From Chrysomallon squamiferum (lineage: Eukaryota; Animalia; Mollusca): DNA of 64,000 nt. Both the position numbers and the translations under genes were made by a program. Below, piece after piece: positions 34,002-45,800 of this stretch (position 1 is the first letter of the stretch; the number at the start of each line of letters is the position of its first letter). The stretch covers positions 186,001 through 250,000 of the forward strand of contig CM022679.1 of assembly GCA_012295275.1 (NCBI GenBank), in the 5' to 3' direction. Below the pieces are notes generated by a model. That model saw only the letters and a program-made list of their open reading frames with translations, searched no databases and was not told where the DNA came from.

Positions 34002-37000
34002 ATGACGACAGACGTTGTTCCTTTGCAGCTAAATGGGATTATTGGATTTAATGGTAATAATGTTCATTTTTGAATTGTTTTCTGTTTCTATATATTTTGG
34101 TTAATTTTGACAATTTGATGGGTTAATATCCAAACAGTTGTAAGTTAAAAAAATTCAAGTTGCAAATGTATTGTTATATATTTATGAAAATAACGTTTCT
34201 GCAGTTTAGATTAAAACTTATACCAGTAAGTGAGTAACTTTTATATATATTAACACAAAGTACTAATTTTTGTTTATTTTATTATTATCATTAAAATACA
34301 TTTTGTTTTGTGATGTAAATGGTAGAACTTAACTATGGCGATAACTCATTGTGTATTCATATAATATTTACTGTGATTACTTTAAAGGAACTATTTTATG
34401 TTATGCTAAAAACTATTAATAAAAAAACTAACTAATAATACTAATAAAATAAAATAGTAAAAAAAATAGAAATAATAAAATTAAATAATTTTGATATTTT
34501 TACAAGCAGTAATGGTTTTCCTTAATTATTTTTAACAAAGGTAAGAAATAATAATTTTGAAATTTAACTTGAAAAAAATGTGGCAATATTTTCTACTAAA
34601 TTATATTTGTTAAAACTGACCATAATACCAAAACATTTTATTTATTAAAGGGGCAGTACCTTGTGGCCTCAAAGTTCATACAGATCGCCAGCACTTAGTG
34701 TATCCTCTTGGCTGTAACATTGTCATAGAAGACATCACCAAGGATGGAATGGGTGCACCGCAAATCCTGGCCGAACATACAAATGATGTAACCTGTCTTT
34801 GTATTTCTAATGTTGATGGAAGGTATTTGGCTTCTGGACAGGTCACTCACATGGGATTCAAGGTAAAACCTTTGTTGTTATAATTTCAATTTTTATTCTT
34901 AATTACCATCTTCTTTTTTTTTCATTTTATGTACAGTTATGTAGTACATGTTAAGTAATTATCTTTCTTTTCTATGTATGACATTTTTGCTTTGAAAATG
35001 TAGGAATAATTTTCTTTTGTTGACAGGCCACCATTATTATCTGGGACTATCATACCAAGAAGCCCATTCATAAAATGTCACTTCACAAAGTCAAAGTGGA
35101 AGCCCTGACATTTTCTAAGAATGATCGTTATTTGATTACTCTAGGAGGTCAGGATGATGGATCGTAAGTAATCTAAAACATATCATTTCATCATCAACAC
35201 TTCTTTTGTTATTATTTTTATTTTACTATAAATAGAATCTTCATCAGTATTATTACTATTGTTAAAAATGCTTAATGAAATAACATATATTCATTATACA
35301 AGAATCTTCAAATAATATTTGTATGTTCTGTTCATAATTTGGGAATGTAATTCTGTATTAGTACAATGTAATTTGGGATGTGTCTGTAGTGTGCTATTCT
35401 TTTCCAATTCTGAACACAATTTATTCACTATTTGTGTTAGTAGTTGTAATTTGGGATGTAGCTATATGAAATATTTGTGTTTGTAGGGTTGTAATTTGGG
35501 ATGTGGCTATATGAAATATTTGTGTTTGTAGGGTTGTATTTTGAGATGTGGCTATTATATGAAATATTTGTTTGTAGGGTTGTAATATGGAATGTGGATG
35601 TAATATGAAATATTTGTGTTTGTAGGGTTGTAATTTGGGATGTGGCTACAGGTGAGGCAATATGTGGCTCACCAGCACAACACAAGAGTTCAGGAAACAC
35701 ATACTGTGTTATCCCATCCAATGTCAGTGATGATGTGTTTGCTACTGGTGGAGAGTGAGTTTATCTATGTGTTCACAAATACTAAAACATCTTTTGCTAT
35801 TGTATACATCCAGTATGTTTATAAATGTTAAAAATATCTTTTACAAATAGCAGCATTTTAAACTAACTGATTACAAATATTTAAAATCTCTTTTGACCAT
35901 ACACACTTGAGAATACTTACTTTTTCAAAAGTTGTTTCATTCTAGTTAATATTATATCTTTATAAGTTACAGAAGTTATAAGTTCTCTCTTAATTTTTTT
36001 AAGTTCACTTTTTTTGGTTAGGTTTTAAAGTAGCTGAATTAAAAAGTAATATGAAAACTGAGCTGTATGAGAAATGAAGCATGTTAAATATGTTTACAGC
36101 AACACACTTCGAGTTTGGCAGATTGATCTAGAGAACAGAAAGATCCGACCCACTGATGTGACAATGGGTGGAATAAAGAGAATTATCACTTGTATGCAGG
36201 TAAGTCTACTACAGACATATTTCAAAGTCCATTCTTTTACCTGCAAAAGAAAAAAGATAGAAATGTATGATGCATTGAGTTAATTACATTTCAGATGTTT
36301 GAATGGTTAAATATTTTTGCCTTACAGATGGTTGATGAAGTTTCCCCAGCGTTTTTCTTCTGTGGGACAACAACAGGTGATGTCCTGGCTATCAACATGG
36401 ATTCTTATCGCCTCGCCTTCCTGGTCCCAGAGAAAGAGAAATTCAGTCTTGGCATCACAGCACTGACGTTTATCCGTGCAGACTGCTCTGTACAGAAGAA
36501 GGAAGGAAACAAACAAATGTTGCCTGTGTACGAGTTTCTCATTGGTGCTGGAGATGGCACACTTGGTCAGTACAACATTAAAGTGACCATCACTGGCAAC
36601 AAGATGAAGACTTCATTTACACACAGGTCAAACACAAAGTAAGTTTTGTACAACACATTTACACAGGTCAAACTCAAAAAAACTTTTGTTATTTGTTGTA
36701 AGTTCTGAACAATACATTTACGCACGTCAAACACAATCTTTTTAGTTGTATGTAAATACTGTACAACGCAAATACACACTGGTCAAACACAAAAGTAAAT
36801 TTTGTTATTTATTGTAAGTAATGTACAACTAGTTTTTACCCATGTATTTGCCATTATGTTTTCTTTCTCTCTTGACTATTTGTGATATTTTTACTGTTTC
36901 TTATTTTTCATTAAAGTAAATTTTGTTACTAATGAGTTGAAAATAGAAATTTAAAATATATTTTGTCTTATTTACTATTTACAGACCATGGAAGGACACG

Positions 37001-39971
37001 TCACTGCTGACAAAAACAAGTCCACTAACTTCCATTGCACTGAGAGGTGCAGGTCACCAGGTCTGTTTGTTTTTTTCTTTCTATTAAATTCCACCTGACA
37101 ACAAAGGCGGTTGATTTGTAGTTGAAACCAAATAATACTGAAAATTTATCAAATGGTTATTGATTGTGTTGTGCTTGTATGAACATACAATTATTATTAT
37201 CTCACTTTCAACTAATGAAAAAAACAAAGTATATTCAGAAGTTTTTAATTTTTTTATCAGTTCTTTGTTGGTCGTGCCAACTCTCAACTGTACAGATTCA
37301 ACTACTCAGAAATGGTCTGTGAACTGAAAAAAACTTGTCATTCCAAGAGAGTGAATGACGTTTTGTTTCCACAGTAAGTTTAACTTTTATAGCAGAATCT
37401 AATTGCATTCATTACTACATAATTGCAAATAGCCATAATAAAGCATCATTTACTTTTTGTATGACTATTTTTCACTCATTTATTTATATATCCGTGCTTT
37501 TATCTTACACAAAGACAGGAATTCATTGTGTGAACGTATTTACTTCTCTGTCTTCATCTGTTCATTTAGTTTATCATTACAGGTATACTTTAAGATGTAT
37601 ACATAGTCTTTTATAGATTATTTGACACACTTTAATAAGAAATGTATAAAACTATAGGGTATACAAAATATGTATAGTGTATTTTTTAAGAAATACAACT
37701 TTTATTAAGAAGTCTGCAATGGTATATCTGTGCATTCACTGATATTATTTGGATGTCAGTGTACTTATTTATGTATTCAGTGTGACTGTTTGTGTTTTAG
37801 TATGATTATCTGTGTTTCAGTGCAACCTCAGATCTCATTGTAACCTGTCAACATGAAGAGATTCGAATCTGGAATCTGCAGAATGGAAAAGAAATCCGTC
37901 GACATCGTGTAGCTAACATGACCTGTAACGCCATTGATCTTACCAAATGTGGTACAACTATTATTAGTGGTAAGATTTCACTTTCAAACTTGTAATAATA
38001 AATCATGTTTATCTTATTTTTTTAATTTACTGTGAAAAAATCCTGACACCTGAAATGTAAAATTTAAACTGGTGTCTATGATCTTGTGTAATAATGATGA
38101 CTGAAATGGGAAACAGTAGAGCAGTGAAGAGGACTGATATCATAAGATATCACATCATGTGTTAAGACTTAACCATATTTTAATATACAGTGATTTAATT
38201 ATTTTTTAATTTTTAAACATTAAATTCATTTTTTCAGCATGGGGAGATGGCAAGATTCGTGCCTATGGCTTTGACAACAAAGAGACAAATATGTATGAAA
38301 AGTTTACTATCAATGATGCACATCACAAAGGAGTGACAGCCATTGCCTGCACAGGAGATGGTCAGCGCATTGTGAGTGGAGGAGGTGAGGGACAAGTCCG
38401 GATCTGGAGAGTTAACAGGAACATTGACACTCGTGGAAAAACCTTTTACAGCTCAGAGCTGGTGGCCAACATGAAGGAACACAAGGGGACAGTGTCAGCC
38501 ATTAAGATTCACAGCAACGACAGAGAGTGTGCATCTGCCAGCACTGATGGAACTTGCATCATCTGGGATCTTGTGTATGTCTTACTTGTCTTACATTGCC
38601 ATTCAGATAGGCCATTATTCTGCACTCTTCCATCGTGCACATTTACCTGACATCAGCTCATGTCTCTCCATAAAACCTGCTCTCTTTATCAGTCTGACAT
38701 CATCCTACATGTCTATCAACCTGACATCCATCCTACGCAGTGCAATATGACATCATTACACCTGTCTATCTGTGTGATATCTTCCTGCATGTGTCAATCT
38801 GATGTCATCCTATGTCTATCAATCTGACATCATACTATATGTCTATCAATCTGACATCGTCCTCCACCTCTATCAGTCTGACATCATTCTATATCTCTAT
38901 CAGTCTGACATCATCCTCCACCTCTATCAGTCTGACGTCATCCTATATGTCTATCACTGACATCATCTTACATGTCTATCAATATGGCATCAATTTTACC
39001 TCTATCAATTCTGACATGATTCTATATGTCTGTCCATTTGATGTCAGGTGTGTCTCTGTATCTTCAGGCATATATCTGACATCCGTCAATACAAATACTC
39101 AGCCAATCTGCCATTTGCAACCTTGTCCATCTTTCCATCTGTCACAATACACTTTTTGTATTAATAGATTTCAACTGAATACACAGAACAATGTTTTTGA
39201 TATTTTGATGTTTTTTCAATGTACAAATTTTTGTTACAGGACACAGGTGAGAAATCAAGTGATGTTTGCCAACACACTGTTTTACTGTGTGTCATATGGG
39301 GGACCAAGCAGCTGTCACATTGTCACTAGTGGCACTGACCGCAAGATTGCCTACTGGGAGACGTATGATGGGTCTCTCATTCGTGAACTTGATGGAGCAG
39401 CGACTGGAGCTGTGTATTCACTTGACATGTCTCCTGATGGAAATTACTTTGTGACAGGTGGCGAGGAAAAACTTGTCAAGGTCAGTTTTAATCACTCATA
39501 ACAAAAGCCAATTATCGTAATGACTGCATTAAGCATAAGTTATCTTTAAAATGAACATCATAAATTATTACATAACTATCTTTAATAAATTATAGACCTC
39601 AGCATATATTTTGTTTGCATATGTACATTATTTCTTGTTCACAATTTGAAGAGTATTTCTACACAAATTTATTTTTATTTGTATTTTGTTTCTTTAAACA
39701 AACTGAAAAACTATTAAAATAAATTGTTATGTGTGTGTATTTTTGTAACTTGTGTAACTTTGTTTTTGGACAGGTATGGAAGTATAATGAAGGGGAAGTA
39801 ACTCATGTTGGAATTGGTCACAGTTCTACAATTGTGAAGGTACGTATCTGTCCACGTCAGCGATACATTGTCAGTGTGGGTACAGATGGCGCTATTCTTA
39901 TTTGGGAGTTTCCAGACATGTCTGGTGTTGGGGAACTCACACAAGCAATGGATAAACAGATTGACTTGTGA
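34002..39971 (+). CDS. CFAP52: Cilia- and flagella-associated protein 52 (WDR16), WD40 repeats; divergent
   Basis: LQLNGIIGFNG.VPCGLKVH...YPLGC; YLASGQVTHMGFKA; LHKVKVEALTFS; TLGGQDDGSVVIWD; IVTSGTDRKIAYWETYDGSLIRELDG; GEVTHVGIGHS. Twelve exons (34002-34053 ... 39774-39971). Confidence 0.92.
35335..35650 (+). repeat. ~45 bp tandem repeats of a CFAP52 intron-exon junction
   Basis: Unit gaaatatttgtgtttgtag|GGTTGTAATTTGGGATGTGGCTA, four good copies plus decayed ones. Confidence 0.92.
38680..39030. repeat. ~30 bp intronic minisatellite (TCTATCAATCTGACATCATCC-type)
   Basis: Visible tandem units; they generate the repetitive SISLTSS part of ORF 38812. Confidence 0.88.
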
Positions 39972-41054
39972 GTTAATGAACAATTCCTTACTACAAACGA
40001 AAAAGAAGACAAAATTTGTTTAGGAACACAGCATTACAAGTTTTGTTTAATACTTGATATAGATGTGAAGTATTGTGATATGTTTTATATTTTCTATGTA
40101 GTCATTTTTGACACTTCTCATAATGAACTATGTCACCATAACTCTTATTGTTTTCTTTCATTAAATTTATAAAAATATTATAGAACTTGTACATTGAATT
40201 TCAACACTTAGAAAATGAAATAAATATCTTCCACCTTTGTTTCTTTATGTTTATCTTCTTCGTTGAAGGTTAAAAATAACTATTCCAAGATCACACAATG
40301 TATTAGTCTCTTTTGTATTTTACTGTTTGATAAATTAAAAATAAATTAATTAAAACTTGATTATTTATTACAAACGACACAGATATGATCAATACAGATG
40401 AATGTTGTTTAATGGGATATTGAGAATGTAGAGATTTTTATCAATGATATAATTTTATTTATTGTTGTTAGTATAACAACATAATTTAAAATAGTAGAAC
40501 TAAGGAATTCAAAGCAGTTTATTAGATAATTACTAAACTATGTGAACTGTTATTAAGTACTTACAATTGTAACTATAACAACAATTATTTATTTATTTTC
40601 CTGCTTAAAATACATTTTTCTTAAGTTCTCCTTGAAATTTAATGAACAAAAATTCATTTAAGCTACACAACAACAGATTTTGATTTATCCAGTCTGATAA
40701 AAATAAACTAAAAAATAAATAAAACAATGAATTCTTTATTGACTTGTCTTTGACTTATATTTTCCAGCAATATATATTTGGGTTTGAATCGTCATGTGAT
40801 ATATATATTTTTAATTTATACTACATCATTTATTAATGTATGTGTCAGAAATAAAATATGAAAAATTTGTTCCTGTGTTTGTTTATTAACAATGTCAAAA
40901 TCACATCAGTCAATGAACATTTGAACTGATCTGTATAATATGCTGTTTTTAAATTCAAATGTTGCCTAAGTACATCAATATTTAACATGTTATAGTGGAA
41001 ACTGATACACAAATTAAATTGTAAGTTATTTAAAATATACACCTACAAACGAAA

Positions 41055-41090
<36 letters not shown>

Positions 41091-42581
41091 TAAATAAAAC
41101 TGTCGTCCATTAATTTCATATTACACAACACGACAGGCTACAGTAGAGGAAAAACGAAATAATTCACTAGCTTTTCATAAGATTAACGATAGCGATATCA
41201 CACTGCATACTAAAAGAGAAATGTCTGCAGACTTTTTTTTTGTGTTGGTTTGGAACAAACGGTCACACTGTTTTTAAAGTGAAATTCAAACGGTTTAAAC
41301 ATTTGTTCAACCACATATGTGTCATTTTGGTCAGAATATGTGTGTGTGTGTGTGTGTTCAAACACTACCTTTCGAAAAACGCTATGAATTTTTGTTCCAA
41401 CTCAACAGCCTACTTGTAGCAGACGATCAGATCACTTCCATCATCAAACAGAGGCTAGACCTGGAGAGTTCCGCCCCTCACTATACAGCACTCCGTTGCT
41501 GCAAAAGCTCCGGTATCTAACAAGCATTATGAAAAGGTTTTTTTTTTTTTTTAATTGTTGTTGTTTTTAGATTGGCCTCAGAAAAAATAAAACATATAAA
41601 TAAGCGTTTCAATTACCAAAGAAAATGATAATGATTATTTTATTGTATTTTATTTTCATCATTCACAAAAGTAAAAATGATGAGAAAAATTCCGCCAAGC
41701 TGACCTTGGCCTCCCTACTGGAACATGTTCACGAATGTCAGTGTACATAATGCATATGCCAGTCCTGAACAAAGTCATCAAACACACAAACTGCTGCTGA
41801 TGTATATTCAACTTTTGATACCGTCGGTTGTCGAACGCTAGATAGCGTTTGACATACTTTAAGATAATGGGTGGAATCAACTAAAGAAGAATAAGTATGT
41901 CAGACAACTTATTAATCGGAATGACGAAGTGATGATATATTTTTATTTAATCTTTGCGCTGATCACAATAAACAAAAGTAAGGGACATAGAGTACCAATG
42001 TTATGACATCCATGATGAACATATTTTAAATTTTACGTAAGTTGTATTTTAATATAAATTCTTTTTCATTTTAATGGTTTGTTGTTAATACGTTATATTT
42101 GTTTATAATTTTATATTCGCTACTCATGTTGCTTAAAATATTATTTCAACGAAAAGAAGAAGAAGAAAAAATCATATTACGTTATATATGAGAGATAACA
42201 ACATTTGACACAGAAATGACACCATCCTTGACAAAACGCATAAGCTGACACTGCAGTTGACAGTATACTTGGCAGAGCAGACAATACAATTGATATAGAA
42301 TTTTTAAGCACAGTATGTTGAAGTACAGAATTTATAATTTCATTATCATATAAAAATAATTTATTTTAATATTCTGCAGTAGATCTAACACTTCTGTAAC
42401 AGAAAGAACCTCTAACTAAATTCACTATACATTTTATATGTGAAATTTCTGACAGTATGTACTAAACTGATTTCATTAAGTGAACACTAATAATGTTTTT
42501 ATTTAAGTTTAGTCTGATGTGATAATACAACAAAAAACCCAACAAAAAGACAACATAAAAACCCAACAAAAAACCCTTGTT

Positions 42582-42783
42582 ATGACAGAATCTGAGAAAA
42601 CAGGTGAGATAATATATCATCCATTATTATTTCTATTGGTCACAAATAACAGTAACAACAACAGCTGTAATAATGTACATAAAGATGATAAATTCTGGAT
42701 TTAAATATTTAAAGTAAGCTTGAAATAACATTTCAAATGGAACAACATTTACATCTCTATAGTTATATACACAAATATATCAA

Positions 42784-42822
<39 letters not shown>

Positions 42823-45800
42823 CACACACACATACATACAGACCTACAATTGTACATACATGCAAACACAATTTCTAGAATGATAATAGCAGTTTGTACC
42901 TGTTGGAAATCATTGTTAAACATTCATTCAGTGTTTTACTGTTTATAATAATAATCTTCCAGAAAAAAAGAAGAAGTTATAAACAATATTTGAATATTTA
43001 GCATTTTTATGAAGTTTATTTTTCAACTTTCTAGTTGTTGAACTTCGTCCTAATTTGACAGAAGAGAGAAATCAGAATATCAGAGTTTTTCTTGACAGTG
43101 GACTTATGAAGATAATTCCTGGTAAAATCATAAAATAAATATAATTATTGACATTATCCTAATAGTTAAAAATAGCATTACAACTCAAACATTACAGATA
43201 TTTAAAACTTAATTTGTTGAATGTGTATAATGAATCTACTGACTTCTAGATTTTAGAGCACATAATTAAATTGTTTTGTTTATTCCATTAATGTGTTATT
43301 ATATATTTTTTTCACTTCAGAAGTTACAAATACTGAGAATGATGAAGTAAAAAGAGAATTTATCTGTGTTGTTAAAAAAGAGTGTGATGAAAATGAGGAC
43401 AGTGTTAATATGTCAACTAACTGGATTAAGAGAGAGCCAGTAGATATTATACCACAAACCTGTCCTTGGGTTAAAACGGAACCAGTAGAACCATCAAATG
43501 TTTACCTATCCACAGAGGTGGATGTTGGGAGGGTGGGGGAATTAGATCAGTTGGTGAAAAGAGAATCACTAGATTATGATGAGGACAATACAGAATTAAA
43601 CTAGTAAGTATGTTGTCTACTTGAGTTTTGTGTTTGTGTTTTTAGCATACTAGATCTTGTATTCAGAAGTTTGTGTGCTAGTTCTTGTGCCATCTGTTTG
43701 TGACTAGATGTTGTATTAATGTGTTCATGTACTAGTTCTTGAGAGTATGTATTTGTGTATTAGTTGTTGTGTCAGTGTGTTTGTGTACTAGATCTTGTGT
43801 CAGTGTTTTTGTGTACTAGTTCTTGTGCTCATGTGTTTGTGTACTACCTCTTGTGTTGATGTGTTTGTGTACTACCTCTTGTGTTCATCTGTTTGTGTAC
43901 TACCTCTTGTGTTTATGTGTTTGTATACTAGTTCTTGTGTTCATGTGTTTGTGTACTAGTTCTTGTGTCAGTGTGTTTGTGTACTAGTTCTTGTGTTCAT
44001 GTGTTAGTGTACTAGTTCTTGTGTTCATGTGTTAGTGTACTAGTTCTTGTGTCAGTGTGTTTGTGTACTAGTTCTTGTGTCCATGTGTTTGTGTCCCTGT
44101 TCTTGTGTTCATGTGTTTGTGTTCTAGTTGTTGTGTTCATGTGTTAGTGTACTAGCTCTTGTGTTCATGTGTTTGTGTACTAGCTCTTGTGTTCATGTGT
44201 TTGTGTACTAGATCTTGTGTTCATGTGTTTGTGTACTAGCTCTTGTGTTCATGTGTTTGTGTACTACCTCTTGTGTTCATGTGTTTGTGTACTACCTCGT
44301 GTTCATGTGTTTGTATACTAGTTCTTGTGTTCATGTGTTTGTGTACTAGTTCTTGTGTTCATGTGTTTGTGTACTAGTTCATGTGTTCATGTGTTTGTGT
44401 CCCTGTTCTTGTGTTCTAGTTGTTGTGTTCATGTGTTAGTGTACTAGCTCTTGTGTTCATGTGTTTGTGTACTAGCTCTTGTGTTCATGTGTTTGTGTAC
44501 TAGATCTTGTGTTCATGTGTTTGTGTACTACCTCATGTTCATGTGTTTGTATACTAGTTTTTGTGTTCATGTGTTTGTGTACTAGTTCTTGTGTTCATGT
44601 GTTTGTGTACTAGTTCATGTGTTCATGTGTTTGTGTACTAGTTCTTGTGTTCATGTGTTTGTGTACTAGTTTGTGTGTTCATGTGTTTGTGTACCAGTTC
44701 TTGTTTTCATGTATTTTGTACTAGATCATGTGTTTGTGTCCAAACAGTCAGAGGGTGAATGAGAAAACTACATTTAGAAACAATCAAATATTGAACTGAA
44801 TTAGCTACTTGAATTTAGTTTTTCTGTTGCACAGAGGTTGTGGATGAGTGAGTGAGTGTGTGTGTGTTTTGTGTGTGTGTTTTGTGTGCATGTGTGTGTT
44901 TTGTATGCATGTATATATACATTTTCTCTCTCAGTGACTGGCAGAAATAATTGAATGGTGTTTATTATTCATGTCACAGTTTAATGTTATTTACCAGTGT
45001 TACAATATATGAATTATTTATGTTACATATATAGTTTTAATTTTAGTGAAAAACAAGAAGAAGAAGAAGTTATTGAATCAAACTGTCTAAAAGATCGGAT
45101 TTACCTCCCTTATAATATTCCTCTCTTGAAACCAGAAGGACACTTTAACTCTGAAGTTGTTGTCGCCAATGTTTCTGCTGATATCACACACTGTAAATCA
45201 AAGTTTGCTGTGTTGTCTCTAGCTGATGGGAAACAAGTGACTGTCCCTCTGTCCTTGTTTGAAAACCAACCAAGTGAGACTAAGTTTGTTGTCAAATAAT
45301 TCTTGTGCGGAAGCCATATTATCAAGAAAAATTGTAACATTCATACTACTTGTGTCATTGACATATTTTTCATTCAAAGTTATAAACTAAAGTTCACTGA
45401 AATATAAAGGTTAAAAAAAAAAAAAAAAAATTATATGAGTTTTTCGCTGAAATATTTGAAATGTCTCTCTTAGATCATTCCTTAATTTTCTGATGATCTG
45501 TTGATATTCAGTTTTCATTTTATAATAAAATAATGTATTACTGAACATTTTTAATGGTAATACATAAACAAATATTAAAAAATTAAATAAGCTGTGATTA
45601 GTTGAAGGATGAAATTAACAAATATTTAATTTCTTAGAGCACTTACATTATTACATATATTTTCCAAAAAATGTATAAATCTATTAAAAAAAACCTGAAT
45701 GAATGAAATAACATTTAACTTCAGTATTATTATTGCTCATGTAAAACGTTCATTATTTATTTTATAACTGTATGTTAGTTTTTTCAAATGTAATAACATT

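Noticed and set aside
38094-38136. C/D-box-like ATGATGA...CTGA in a CFAP52 intron
   Set aside because: Only about 43 nt between the box ends, weak terminal stem, no recognisable guide.
38812-39238. N-terminal SISLTSS repeats of the 229-aa ORF
   Set aside because: Translation of an intronic minisatellite; the real CFAP52 exon starts at the acceptor near 39239.
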